This document shows, piece after piece, positions 36,901 through 46,981 of a DNA stretch of 64,000 nucleotides. How positions within the stretch are numbered: the first letter of the stretch is position 1; each line of letters begins with the position of its first letter. The position numbers and the translations under genes were made by a program. The notes below the pieces were generated by a model. It searched no databases and was not told where the DNA came from. It worked only from the letters and a program-made list of their open reading frames with translations. The stretch lies in assembly GCF_030013205.1 (NCBI RefSeq), contig NZ_CP122648.1. The stretch is one strand, 5' to 3'. This DNA comes from Escherichia coli. Lineage in GTDB: Bacteria > Pseudomonadota > Gammaproteobacteria > Enterobacterales > Enterobacteriaceae.

Positions 36901-39900
36901 TTACTCGGTTACCGTTTGTTTAGGTTTACGCGAAAAACGCAGCCGCAGACGGTCGAAAAAGAGATACACCACCGGCGTGGTATACAGCGTCAGAAGCTGG
37001 CTCATTACCAGACCGCCGACAATGGTGATCCCCAGGGGTTGGCGCAGCTCCGAGCCGTCACCGCCCGACAACACCAGCGGCAGCGCACCAAACAGCGCCG
37101 CCAGGGTAGTCATCATAATCGGGCGAAAACGCAGCAGACAGGCCTGGAAAATAGCTTCCTGCGGCGTCAGGTTACCGTGCCGTTGGGCTTCAAGCGCAAA
37201 ATCGACCATCATAATGGCGTTTTTCTTCACGATGCCGATTAATAGCATGATCCCTATCAGGGCGATTAGGCTGAACGGGGCATTGAACAGCTCCAGCGCC
37301 AGCAGCGCTCCAACGCCCGCCGAGGGCAGGGTGGAGAGAATCGTCAGCGGATGTACGTAACTCTCGTAAAGGATACCCAGCACGATATACACCGTGGCGA
37401 TGGCGGCGATAATCAGAATCACCTGCGAGTTCATCGTCTCCTGGAACACCTGCGCCGTGCCGGCAAAACTACCGCGTACCGTCGAAGGCACACCAAGCTG
37501 GGTCATTGCGCGATCGATCGCCGCACTGGCGTCCGAGAGCGATTTCCCGGTCGGCAGGTTAAACGAAATGGTCGAGGCTGCCGATAATCCCTGATGATTC
37601 ACCGACAGCGGAGCATTCGCCGGTTGCCATTTAGCGAAATACGACAGCGGGATCGCTTTTCCTTCGTTATTGATAACGAACATTTTTTCCAGCGCACTGA
37701 TGTCCTGGGTATAGCGCGGATCCACTTCCATCACCACTTTATACTGGTTCATCGGCTGGTAAATGGTCGAGATCTGCCGCTGACCGAAGGCGTTATTTAA
37801 CAGGCTGTTGGCGGCCTGTACATCGATTCCCAGCCGTGCCATGGTGTCGCGGTCGTAAACCAGATTCATCTCCGCGCCGTTATCCTGCTGATCGGAGTTC
37901 ACGTCCGCCAGTTCCGGCAACGTCGCCAGTTTTTTGCGGATTTTCGGCTCCCATTCGCGCAGTGCCGCCAGGTCGTCGGATAACAACGTGTACTGGTAGC
38001 TGGCGTTCGACTGACGCCCACCAACGCGAATATCCTGTACCGCCATCAGGAACAGATTCGCCCCCGGTTCTTTCGCCAGTTTTACGCGCAGACGGTCGAT
38101 AATTTGCTGCGCCGTTTCGCTGCGTTCGTCGCGTGGCTTGAGGGTGATAAACATCATCCCACTGTTCACCCGCGAACCGCCGGTAAAGCCGGTGACATTA
38201 TCCACCGCCGGATCGTCACGGATAATTTTCATAAAATCCTGCAACTTACCGCGCATCGCCTGAAACGAAATACTCTGATCCGCCTGTATCCCGCCCATCA
38301 ACACGCCGGTGTCCTGCTCCGGGAAGAAGGTTTTCGGGATCGAGATATACAGCCAGATATTCAGCGCAATGGTGCCAAGCAGCACCACGCCCACCAGACG
38401 GGTATGATTGAGCACCCATTTCAGCGACTTGCCATAGCCTTGTTGCAGGGCTACCAACATTCGACCAAAACCACGCAGTCGCTTTTGCTCGCGCGGCTTG
38501 CTGGCTTTCAGCATCCAGCCACACATCATTGGCGTTAGCGTCAGGGAAACCAGCAACGAAATACCAATGGCGACAGAAAGCGTCACGGCAAACTCGCGTA
38601 ACAGTCGGCCCGGCAATCCGCCCATCAACAGCAGCGGCAGGAACACCGCCACCAGTGACAGACTCATCGACAGCACCGTAAAACCGACTTCGCGAGTACC
38701 TTGCAGTGCGGCCTGTAGTGGTTTCATCCCCGCTTCCAGGTGACGGGCAATGTTTTCCAGCACCACGATGGCGTCATCCACCACGAAACCAGTAGCGATG
38801 GTGAGTGCCATTAACGACAGGTTATTGAGACTGAATCCGCACAGGTACATCGCCGCAAACGTACCAATCAGCGAAACCGGCACCGCAACGGCGGGAATAA
38901 TAGTGGCGCGACCCGAGCGCAGGAATAAAAACACCACCAGAATCACCAGCGCCACCGAGATAATCAGCGTTTGCTCGACTTCTTCCAGCGAGGCGCGAAT
39001 GGTGGGGGAGCGATCCTGGGCAATTTGCAGATCAATCGCCGCCGGAATGGTCTCCTGCAACTCCGGTAATTTTGCCCGGATGCTGTCAACCGTCTGGATA
39101 ATATTGGCTTCCGGCAGCTTGCGGATCATCAGCAAAATAGCCGGTTTGGCATTGGTCATCCCGGCGTTGCGCACATCCTGCACTGAGTCGGTCACCGTCG
39201 CTACATCGCCCAGACGAACCGCGCCGCCGTTGTTGTAATGAATAATCAGCGGCTGATATTCAGCGGCGGTTTTCAGTTCATCGTTAGTCTGGATCTGCCA
39301 GCGGTGAGTGCCATCTTCCAGCGCCCCTTGCGGTTTACGCACGTTGGCATTGCTGATGGCAGTGCGTACGTCGTCCAGTGACACGCCCTGATTAAACAGC
39401 GCCTGCGGGTTCAGCCCGACGCGCACCGCAGGTAGCGAGCTGCCGCCAACATCGACATCACCGACACCGTCGATTTGCGAAATCGTCGGAGCCAGCTGCG
39501 TCGAGGCAAAATCGTACAGTTCACCTTGCGAATAAGTATCGGATGTTAGCGTCAGGATCATAATTGGCGCATCCGACGGGTTTGCTTTGCGATAGGTCGG
39601 ACGGCTGGGCATCCCGCTGGGCAGCAAACTTTGTGCGGCGTTGATGGCCGCCTGCACATCACGCGCCGCGCCGTTGATATCCCGGTTAAAATCAAACTGC
39701 AAAATAATGCGCGTGCTGCCGAGCGAACTGCTGGAGGTCATTTCACTGACTCCGGCAATGCGCCCAAGTGAGCGCTCCAGCGGCGTGGCAACGGAAGACG
39801 CCATTGTTTCTGGTGACGCACCGGGCAGCGAGGCACTGACCATAATCACCGGAAAATCGACCTGCGGCAGCGGGGCGACCGGCAGCATACGGAAACCCAG

Positions 39901-39978
39901 TATGCCGCACAGGGTAATGGCGACCGACAGTAAAATCGTCGCCACCGGGCGGTAAATGAAGAGGGCAAAAAACTTCAC
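36901..39978 (-). CDS. mdtC: RND multidrug efflux pump subunit
   Basis: 1025-aa RND permease. Confidence 0.95.
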   Translation of the reverse strand: MKFFALFIYRPVATILLSVAITLCGILGFRMLPVAPLPQVDFPVIMVSASLPGASPETMASSVATPLERSLGRIAGVSEMTSSSSLGSTRIILQFDFNRDINGAARDVQAAINAAQSLLPSGMPSRPTYRKANPSDAPIMILTLTSDTYSQGELYDFASTQLAPTISQIDGVGDVDVGGSSLPAVRVGLNPQALFNQGVSLDDVRTAISNANVRKPQGALEDGTHRWQIQTNDELKTAAEYQPLIIHYNNGGAVRLGDVATVTDSVQDVRNAGMTNAKPAILLMIRKLPEANIIQTVDSIRAKLPELQETIPAAIDLQIAQDRSPTIRASLEEVEQTLIISVALVILVVFLFLRSGRATIIPAVAVPVSLIGTFAAMYLCGFSLNNLSLMALTIATGFVVDDAIVVLENIARHLEAGMKPLQAALQGTREVGFTVLSMSLSLVAVFLPLLLMGGLPGRLLREFAVTLSVAIGISLLVSLTLTPMMCGWMLKASKPREQKRLRGFGRMLVALQQGYGKSLKWVLNHTRLVGVVLLGTIALNIWLYISIPKTFFPEQDTGVLMGGIQADQSISFQAMRGKLQDFMKIIRDDPAVDNVTGFTGGSRVNSGMMFITLKPRDERSETAQQIIDRLRVKLAKEPGANLFLMAVQDIRVGGRQSNASYQYTLLSDDLAALREWEPKIRKKLATLPELADVNSDQQDNGAEMNLVYDRDTMARLGIDVQAANSLLNNAFGQRQISTIYQPMNQYKVVMEVDPRYTQDISALEKMFVINNEGKAIPLSYFAKWQPANAPLSVNHQGLSAASTISFNLPTGKSLSDASAAIDRAMTQLGVPSTVRGSFAGTAQVFQETMNSQVILIIAAIATVYIVLGILYESYVHPLTILSTLPSAGVGALLALELFNAPFSLIALIGIMLLIGIVKKNAIMMVDFALEAQRHGNLTPQEAIFQACLLRFRPIMMTTLAALFGALPLVLSGGDGSELRQPLGITIVGGLVMSQLLTLYTTPVVYLFFDRLRLRFSRKPKQTVTE

Positions 39979-42900
39979 TTACGCCTCCTCTTCATGGCGA
40001 GCAAAGCGACTTTTGGTCCACAATGCCAGGCGGTCGAATAGCAGATAAATCACCGGCGTGGTGAACAGCGTCAGCACCTGGCTGACAATCAGACCGCCGA
40101 CCATGCCGATACCTAACGGACGACGCAGTTCCGCGCCGACCCCGGTACTCAACATCAGCGGCAGCGCGCCAAGCAGAGCCGCCAGGGTGGTCATCAGGAT
40201 CGGACGAAAACGCAACAGACAAGCCTGGTAGATTGCATCGCGTGGCGACATGCCTTGCTCGCGCTCAGCAGCCAGCGCGAAGTCGATCATCATGATGGCG
40301 TTCTTCTTCACGATACCGATCAGCAAAATAATGCCGATAATTGCAATCACATCCAGTTCGCTACCGGCAATCATTAACGCCAGCAGTGCGCCAACACCTG
40401 CCGTGGGTAGCGTCGAGAGAATGGTGATCGGGTGAATAAAGCTCTCGTACAGAATGCCGAGCACGATATACATCGCCACCACCGCCGCGACAATCAGCCA
40501 GACAGTGCTGCCCAGCGCCGACTGGAAAGCGAGGGTGCTGCCCTGGAACTGCGTGGTGATATCCACCGGCAGATTCAGCGTCTTTTCGGTGTCCATAATC
40601 GCCTGCACCGCATCGCCCAGCGAATAGTTATCCGGCACGTTAAAGGAGATGGTCGTTACCGGGAACTGATCCAGATGGTTGATGGAAAGCGGCGCAAAAC
40701 GCTGCTCAATTTTGGCAATTGAGCTTAACGGCACCACTCCACCGTCGCTGCTGGTCAGGCGAATGGTATCCAGCGCCGCGAGGCCTGGGGTATTTTCGGT
40801 GTTGTGTTCCAGCACCACGCGATACTGGTTAGCCTGAGTATAAATAGTGGAAATCAGCCGCTGACCAAACGCGTTGTACAGGGCGTTATCGACATCCGCC
40901 ATGCTGATCCCCAGACGGCTGGCGCTGTCGCGATCAACATTGACATACGCCACCAGCCCTTTGTCCTGCCAGTCGCTGGAGACATCAGAAAGCTGTGGCA
41001 GTTGCTGGAGTTTTTCCATCAACTGTGGCACCCAGGTACTGAGCGCATCCAGTGACGTGGCCTGCAAGGTAAACTGGTACTGGGTGCGGCTGACCTGAGT
41101 ATCGATGGTCAGGTCCTGCGTTGGTTGCAAGAAGAGATCGACGCCCGGCACTTTATCCACCGCCGTTTGCAGACGGGCGATGACTTTTTGCACCCGATCA
41201 TCACGTTCATCCAACGGTTTGAGGTTGATCTGCAAACGCGCACTGTTCAGCGACGGGTTAGTGCCATCAACGCCAACAAACGAGGTCAGGCTTTGCACTG
41301 CCGGATCCTGCAAAATCACATCCGCGACCTGGCGTTGCCGCTGGGCCATATTGGCAAAGGAGCTGGATTGCGGTGCCTGCAAAGTGCCCTGAATAATGCC
41401 GTTGTCCTGTACCGGGAAGAAACCTTTCGGAATGAATACCCACAAGAGAACACTAAGCAGCAGCGTGCTGAGTGCCACGCTTAAGGTCAGCCACGGATGA
41501 TTCAGCACTTTCGCCAGTCCACGACCATAGGCGGCGATTATCCTGTCGAACATTTTCTCCGAGGCTCGGGAGAAGCGATTCTGTTTACGCAGCGACTCCT
41601 GGCTGAGCATCCGCGCGCACATCATCGGCGTCAGAGTCAGCGACACCACGGCTGAGATCAAAATCGCGACTGCCAGAGTAATAGCAAATTCGCGGAACAG
41701 TCGCCCGACGATATCGCCCATAAATAGCAGTGGGATCAACACTGCAATCAGTGAGAAGGTCAGCGAGATAATGGTAAAGCCGATTTCACCCGCGCCTTTG
41801 AGCGCCGCCGCCAACGGTTTTTCGCCTTTTTCGATATAGCGGGAAATGTTTTCGATCACCACGATGGCGTCATCGACCACAAATCCGGTGGCGATAGTTA
41901 ACGCCATCAGCGTCAGGTTATTGATTGAAAAATCGAGAAACACCATGACCGCGAAGGTGCCGATTAACGACAGCGGCACTGCGACGCCGGGAATGATGGT
42001 CGCCGGAATATTACGCAAAAACAGGTAGATAATCATGACTACCAGCGCGATAGCCATCATCAATTCAAACTGAGTATCATCGACGGATGCGCGAATATTG
42101 GTGGTACGGTCAGAAAGTACCGTCACTTTTACCGATTTCGGCAAACTCTCGGTGAGTTGTGGCAGCATCTGCCGGATGCTGTCGGCGGTGGAGATAATGT
42201 TAGCACCGGGCTGGCGCTGAACATTCATCACAATGGCCTGTTCTTTGTTCGCCCACGCGCCGAGCCAGCTGTTTTCTGCTCCTTGCTCTACGGTTGCGAC
42301 ATCGCCCAGACGAATCGGCGCGCCGTTCTGGTAGGCGATGATCAGCTGGCGATACTCTTCGGCGGATTGCATCTGGTCGTTCGCGGAAAGTGTGACCGCA
42401 CGGGAAGGGCCGTCGAGGCTACCTTTTGCCGAGTTAACGTTAGCGCCGGTAATAGCGGTGCGCACGGTTTCGCTGGTCAGGCCGAGGGCGGCAATCGCCT
42501 GGGCGTTAAGTTTGACACGAACAGCCGGACGCTGGCCGCCGGAAAGCGTCACCAGGCCGACACCGGAAATCTGCGAGATTTTCTGCGCGACGCGGGTTTC
42601 CACCATATCTTCCACTTGCGTCATTGGCATGGCGGTTGAGGTGACGGCGAGCGTCATGATTGGTGGATCTGCCGGGTTCACTTTGCTGTAAACCGGCGGG
42701 TTAGGCAGATCGCTCGGCAACAAGTTGGTCGCAGCGTTAATCGCGGCCTGCACTTCCTGCTCGGCGACATCGAGCGGTAATGTTAGCTGGAACTGTAAGG
42801 TGATAACTGACGCACCGCCGGAACTTTGCGACGACATCTGTTTCAGGCCAGACATCTGCCCAAACTGGCGTTCAAGCGGCGCGGTAACGGCAGAGGTCAT

Positions 42901-43101
42901 GACATCCGGGCTCGCACCTGGGTAGAGCGTGACTACCTGAATGGTTGGATAGTCCACTTCCGGCAGCGCCGAAACGGGCAGGGCGCGATAACCGATAATC
43001 CCGGCGAGTAAGATCGCCACCATCAGCAGCGTGGTGGCGACAGGACGCATAATAAACAGGCGCGACGGGCCGCCTGTGCTGCTCGAGGGTAACACCTGCA
43101 T
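39979..43101 (-). CDS. mdtB: RND multidrug efflux pump subunit
   Basis: 1040-aa RND permease. Its start overlaps the mdtA stop (ATGA). Confidence 0.95.
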   Translation of the reverse strand: MQVLPSSSTGGPSRLFIMRPVATTLLMVAILLAGIIGYRALPVSALPEVDYPTIQVVTLYPGASPDVMTSAVTAPLERQFGQMSGLKQMSSQSSGGASVITLQFQLTLPLDVAEQEVQAAINAATNLLPSDLPNPPVYSKVNPADPPIMTLAVTSTAMPMTQVEDMVETRVAQKISQISGVGLVTLSGGQRPAVRVKLNAQAIAALGLTSETVRTAITGANVNSAKGSLDGPSRAVTLSANDQMQSAEEYRQLIIAYQNGAPIRLGDVATVEQGAENSWLGAWANKEQAIVMNVQRQPGANIISTADSIRQMLPQLTESLPKSVKVTVLSDRTTNIRASVDDTQFELMMAIALVVMIIYLFLRNIPATIIPGVAVPLSLIGTFAVMVFLDFSINNLTLMALTIATGFVVDDAIVVIENISRYIEKGEKPLAAALKGAGEIGFTIISLTFSLIAVLIPLLFMGDIVGRLFREFAITLAVAILISAVVSLTLTPMMCARMLSQESLRKQNRFSRASEKMFDRIIAAYGRGLAKVLNHPWLTLSVALSTLLLSVLLWVFIPKGFFPVQDNGIIQGTLQAPQSSSFANMAQRQRQVADVILQDPAVQSLTSFVGVDGTNPSLNSARLQINLKPLDERDDRVQKVIARLQTAVDKVPGVDLFLQPTQDLTIDTQVSRTQYQFTLQATSLDALSTWVPQLMEKLQQLPQLSDVSSDWQDKGLVAYVNVDRDSASRLGISMADVDNALYNAFGQRLISTIYTQANQYRVVLEHNTENTPGLAALDTIRLTSSDGGVVPLSSIAKIEQRFAPLSINHLDQFPVTTISFNVPDNYSLGDAVQAIMDTEKTLNLPVDITTQFQGSTLAFQSALGSTVWLIVAAVVAMYIVLGILYESFIHPITILSTLPTAGVGALLALMIAGSELDVIAIIGIILLIGIVKKNAIMMIDFALAAEREQGMSPRDAIYQACLLRFRPILMTTLAALLGALPLMLSTGVGAELRRPLGIGMVGGLIVSQVLTLFTTPVIYLLFDRLALWTKSRFARHEEEA

Positions 43102-44348
43102 CAGGAGCGTGCTCCTTTTTTCGCGTATTCGCGGCTGGTGGCTTTCTCTTCCGAAGTGGTGGCGCTTTGAGCTTCAACCACTTCCACTTTCGCCCCTTCG
43201 GTCAGGCGATCAATTCCGTCCGTCACTACGCGGTCGCCCGCAGAAATACCTGCGCGGATCACCACTTTCTGACTGTCCTGAATGCCTGGCGTCACCAGAT
43301 GTTTGCTGACCTTGTTTTCGCTATTCAGCACCCAGACAAAATGGCCTTCATTGCCCATTTGCAGGGCGGCTGTTGGGATCACTACGGCGTTTTGTTCGGT
43401 GTCGACTAACATGCGCGCGTTAACAAACTGATTGGGAAACAGCGCATCATCCTGATTATTAAAGCGTGCTTTCACTTTAATCGTACCGGTTGTGGCATCG
43501 ATTTGGTTATCGAGGCTTAACAGCGTGCCTTCACTTAATTTCTTCGAGTTGGTGCGATCCCAGGCTTCTACCACCAGCGGTTTTCCGGCTTTTTGCGCCT
43601 GCACTACGGTAGCGATATCGCTTTCCGGCAGGGTAAAGAGCAAATCGATAGGATGCGTCTGGGTGATCACCACGATCCCGGTGGTATCACCACTGGAGAT
43701 TTGGTTACCAACATCAACCTGCTTGAGACCAACGCGACCATCGACTGGTGCGGTAATACGGCTCCAGTCGAGTTGCAGCTGTGCGCTGGCGACGCTTGCT
43801 TCATCTGCCTTAATGGTGCCTTCGGTTTCACTGACCAGCGCTTGTTGGGCATCCAGTTCCTGACGAGATACGAGATTGGTTTTTGCCAGTTGCTGATAAC
43901 GCGCCAGGTCACGGCGGGCGTTGGCAAGCGTGGCTTTATCTTTTGCCAGTTGGCCCTGGGCTTGTGCTAATGCAACTTTGAACTGGCTGGGGTCAATTTC
44001 TGCCAGTAAATCGCCTGCTTTGACCTGCTGGCCTTCCTGGAAATGTAACGCCATCAGTTGACCGTCCACGCGGCTGCGCACCGTAACGGTATTAGCGGCG
44101 GTAATGGTGCCAAGCCCGGTGAGATAACGTGGCACAGCTTGTTCTACGGCAGTCGCCGCCTGAACCGGGGCTAATGGGCCGGAACGCATACCACGGCGAC
44201 CACCCGCTGGCGATTGCTGCGCTTGTTTCGTCGCCCCTGGGGCTGCACTCCGGGAGTCATTGCGGCCTTGCCAGAACCAGAATGCGGCGATGGCGGCGAT
44301 AACCACCACGATTACGATTACCCAACGGGATTTATAACTGCCTTTCAT
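43101..44348 (-). CDS. mdtA: RND membrane-fusion (periplasmic adaptor) protein
   Basis: 415 aa from ATG 44348 ([24 protein letters not shown]...). The 464-aa track ORF has a 49-aa upstream extension that runs over the promoter region. Confidence 0.9.
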   Translation of the reverse strand: MKGSYKSRWVIVIVVVIAAIAAFWFWQGRNDSRSAAPGATKQAQQSPAGGRRGMRSGPLAPVQAATAVEQAVPRYLTGLGTITAANTVTVRSRVDGQLMALHFQEGQQVKAGDLLAEIDPSQFKVALAQAQGQLAKDKATLANARRDLARYQQLAKTNLVSRQELDAQQALVSETEGTIKADEASVASAQLQLDWSRITAPVDGRVGLKQVDVGNQISSGDTTGIVVITQTHPIDLLFTLPESDIATVVQAQKAGKPLVVEAWDRTNSKKLSEGTLLSLDNQIDATTGTIKVKARFNNQDDALFPNQFVNARMLVDTEQNAVVIPTAALQMGNEGHFVWVLNSENKVSKHLVTPGIQDSQKVVIRAGISAGDRVVTDGIDRLTEGAKVEVVEAQSATTSEEKATSREYAKKGARS

Positions 44349-44401
44349 CGTTAAGAGTTTCTCTTCCTGAAACGTTTCGCGGAATGATACTAGTGTAGCC
44401 A

Positions 44402-44419
44402 GCCAATAAGGGAGAAAAA
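44402..44419 (-). promoter_or_regulatory. BaeR-binding box upstream of mdtA
   Basis: The minus strand reads TTTTTCTCCCTTATTGGC, close to the published BaeR consensus TTTTTCTCCATDATTGGC as I recall it. It lies 54-71 bp upstream of the mdtA ATG. Confidence 0.6.
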
Positions 44420-44577
44420 TGGAGGAATTATGAAACACTATCGGGAATCGTCTGAATGGCGGGCACATTTGCGAGCACGCATCCAGTAATAACACATGAA
44501 ACTATTTTATCTACGCGTTAGCGATAGACTACGTGCATGGCGAAAGGAGGTAAGCCGATGATTTCAGCGGGACGCTG

Positions 44578-44721
44578 AAACGGGAAAGCCCCTCCCGAGG
44601 AAGGGGCCATAAATAAGGAAAGGGTCATGATGAAGCTACTCATCATCGTGGTGCTCTTAGTCATTAGCTGGCCAGCTTACTAAGACTACCAGGGCGGGGG
44701 AAACCCCGCTCTACCCTCACT
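44578..44721 (-). ncRNA. sibB: Sib antisense sRNA (antitoxin), copy 1; ends approximate (+/- 10 nt)
   Basis: A minus-strand -10 box CATACT (44728-44733) gives a start near 44721. The transcript fully overlaps ibs and ends at the hairpin GCCCCT/AGGGGC (44588-44607) plus UUUCCCGUUUC. Confidence 0.6.
44627..44683 (+). CDS. ibsB: Ibs type I toxin, 18 aa (MMKLLIIVVLLVISWPAY)
   Basis: Hand translation. The SD AAGGAAAGGG is upstream. The peptide is identical to IbsB as I recall it. Confidence 0.8.
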   Translation: MMKLLIIVVLLVISWPAY

Positions 44722-44905
44722 CCTGAAAGTATGCCTTCACGATAAGATTGTCAATCTGCAGGCTTTGCAGTCTGCGATCCTGCCAGCAAATATTCTTTGC
44801 GAGACGTTACGCAATAATCACACTGGAAACTATTTTATCCGCAAGTCAGCGATAGACTGCATTCAGGGCGAAAGGAGGTAAGCCGACGATTTCAGCGGGA
44901 CGCTG

Positions 44906-45049
44906 AAACGGGAAAGCCCCTCCCGAGGAAGGGGCCTTAAATAAGGAAAGGGTCATGATGAAGATACTCATCATCGTGGTGCTCTTAGTGATTAGCTACC
45001 CAGCATACTAAGACTACCAGGGCGGGGGAAACCCCGCTCTACCCTCACT
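44906..45049 (-). ncRNA. Sib antisense sRNA, copy 2; ends approximate
   Basis: Minus-strand -10 box CATAAT (45056-45061). Same hairpin/terminator arrangement as copy 1. Confidence 0.55.
44955..45011 (+). CDS. Ibs type I toxin variant, 18 aa (MMKILIIVVLLVISYPAY)
   Basis: Hand translation of the middle repeat unit, with the same SD context. Confidence 0.7.
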   Translation: MMKILIIVVLLVISYPAY

Positions 45050-45235
45050 CCTGAAATTATGCCTTCACGATAAGATTGTCAATCTGCAGGCTTTGCAGTC
45101 TGCGATCCCGCCAGCAAATATTCTTTGCGAGTCGTTACGCAATAATCACAGAGGAAACTATTTTGTTCACGCGTTAGCGATAGACTGCATTCAGGGCGAA
45201 AGGAGGTAAGCCGACGATTTCAGCGGGACGCTGAA

Positions 45236-45384
45236 ACGGGAAACCCTCTCCCGGAGAAGAGGGCTTTTAATAAGGAAAGGGTTATGATGAAGCACGTCAT
45301 CATACTGGTGATACTCTTAGTGATTAGCTTCCAGGCTTACTAAGAACACCAGGGGGAGGGGGAAACCTCTCCCTAACCCTCACT
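45236..45384 (-). ncRNA. sibA: Sib antisense sRNA, copy 3; ends approximate
   Basis: Minus-strand -10 box CATAAT (45391-45396). Terminator hairpin CCCTCT/AGAGGG followed by UUUCCCGUUUC. Confidence 0.6.
45284..45343 (+). CDS. ibsA: Ibs type I toxin, 19 aa (MMKHVIILVILLVISFQAY)
   Basis: Hand translation. Identical to IbsA as I recall it. Confidence 0.8.
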   Translation: MMKHVIILVILLVISFQAY

Positions 45385-45563
45385 CCTGAAATTATGTCAC
45401 TCCGCCCTTAGTGTCAATCGACGGCTCTTCGTTCTTGCGAGGCGAATAGCAAAATTTTCTGCGCCGCCGGGCCTAATTCTGAAAGTTTCTTCGTTTGCTC
45501 TTATTTCATTATTGCAATCGGTATGATACCGGACCTCAATAATTCTCTAAGAAAGGATTTCTT

Positions 45564-46223
45564 ATGAGCGAACAAATCACGTTTGCCACCAGCGATTTTG
45601 CCAGTAACCCGGAACCACGTTGCCCCTGCATTTTGTTGCTGGATGTTTCTGGCTCGATGAGCGGAAGACCTATTAATGAACTTAATGCCGGATTGGTTAC
45701 CTTTCGCGATGAGCTGCTTGCCGACCCGCTGGCCTTAAAAAGAGTGGAACTCGGCATTGTGACGTTCGGCCCGGTGCATGTGGAACAACCCTTTACCAGC
45801 GCCGCTAATTTTTTCCCGCCCATCCTGTTTGCCCAAGGCGATACACCAATGGGCGCTGCCATTACCAAAGCCCTGGATATGGTAGAGGAGCGCAAACGTG
45901 AGTATCGTGCAAATGGTATTTCGTATTATCGCCCGTGGATTTTCCTGATCACCGATGGCGCTCCAACCGATGAGTGGCAGGCTGCCGCCAACAAAGTGTT
46001 TCAGGGGGAAGAAGATAAGAAGTTTGCCTTCTTTTCCATCGGTGTTCAGGGGGCGGATATGAATACTTTGGCACAAATCAGCGTTCGTCAGCCTTTGCCA
46101 CTGCAGGGATTACAATTCCGTGAACTGTTTAGCTGGTTATCCAGTTCGCTGCGTTCGGTTTCCCGCTCCACGCCGGGAACGGAAGTTGTGCTGGAAGCGC
46201 CAAAAGGCTGGACGTCAGTGTGA
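45564..46223 (+). CDS. yegL: von Willebrand factor A (vWA, TerY-like) protein
   Basis: 219 aa with the MIDAS motif [11 protein letters not shown]. Confidence 0.9.
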   Translation: MSEQITFATSDFASNPEPRCPCILLLDVSGSMSGRPINELNAGLVTFRDELLADPLALKRVELGIVTFGPVHVEQPFTSAANFFPPILFAQGDTPMGAAITKALDMVEERKREYRANGISYYRPWIFLITDGAPTDEWQAAANKVFQGEEDKKFAFFSIGVQGADMNTLAQISVRQPLPLQGLQFRELFSWLSSSLRSVSRSTPGTEVVLEAPKGWTSV

Positions 46224-46981
46224 GCTGGCGTCTGGTCTATGCATCAACCGTTGGAACGTCGCACATCAGCGCGGACTTGCCTTGCCAGGATGCCTGCCAG
46301 ATGCAGGTTGCCTGGTTAAATGACCAGCAGCCATTATTGTCGGTATTTGTCGCTGATGGCGCAGGCAGTGTCTCGCAGGGTGGCGAAGGCGCGATGCTCG
46401 CCGTCAATGAAGCGATGGCTTATATGTCGCAAAAAGTGCAGGGCGGGGAATTGGGGCTTAATGATGTCCTCGCCACGGATATTGTGCTGACCATTCGTCA
46501 GCGACTTTTTGCCGAGGCGGAAGCCAAAGAATTAGCGGTTCGCGATTTTGCCTGCACATTTCTGGGACTGATTTCATCGCCTGACGGCACCTTGATTATG
46601 CAGATTGGCGATGGCGGCGTGGTGGTAGATTTGGGGCACGGTCTGCAACTGCCGCTCACGCCGATGGTGGGTGAATATGCCAATATGACGCATTTCATTA
46701 GCGATAAAGATGCTGTTTCCAGACTGGAAACTTTCACCAGCACTGAGCGTGCGCATAAAGTTGCAGCATTTACGGATGGTATTCAGCGACTGGCGTTAAA
46801 TATGCTGGATAATTCTCCGCATGTGCCTTTCTTTACCCCGTTTTTCAATGGACTGGCGGCAGCAACGCAGGAACAACTCGATTTATTACCTGAATTGTTA
46901 AAGCAGTTTTTGTCCAGCCCGGCGGTAAACGAGCGTACCGATGATGATAAAACGTTGGCACTGGCGCTGTGGTTACCATGA
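46220..46981 (+). CDS. yegK: PP2C-like Ser/Thr phosphatase
   Basis: 253 aa from a GTG start overlapping the yegL stop (GTGA). Motifs [21 protein letters not shown]. Confidence 0.9.
   Translation: MSWRLVYASTVGTSHISADLPCQDACQMQVAWLNDQQPLLSVFVADGAGSVSQGGEGAMLAVNEAMAYMSQKVQGGELGLNDVLATDIVLTIRQRLFAEAEAKELAVRDFACTFLGLISSPDGTLIMQIGDGGVVVDLGHGLQLPLTPMVGEYANMTHFISDKDAVSRLETFTSTERAHKVAAFTDGIQRLALNMLDNSPHVPFFTPFFNGLAAATQEQLDLLPELLKQFLSSPAVNERTDDDKTLALALWLP

Larger units (their letters stand above)
44490..45400. repeat. Three tandem units of about 328 bp, each holding one ibs/sib type I toxin-antitoxin pair
   Basis: GAAACTATTTT... unit starts are at 44498, 44826 and 45154. The ibs start codons are at 44627, 44955 and 45284. 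Confidence 0.9.

Noticed and set aside
36749-43309. Many 60-200-aa ORFs on the plus strand across mdtD, mdtC, mdtB and mdtA (for example 36749-37360, 38104-38538, 38750-39238, 42157-42639)
   Set aside because: All are antisense or alternative-frame to long, well-recognised RND/MFS/MFP genes. Their compositions are low-complexity (Arg/Ser/Ala-rich) and they have no start-site context.
44349-44495. N-terminal extensions offered by the ORF track (mdtA 464 aa; likewise rcnB 172 aa, fbaB 374 aa, yegR 140 aa, yegP 123 aa, yegD 471 aa, udk 234 aa, yegH 549 aa)
   Set aside because: In each case an internal start with an SD gives the recognised native N-terminus. The extensions run across promoter or operator sequence, for example the BaeR box upstream of mdtA.
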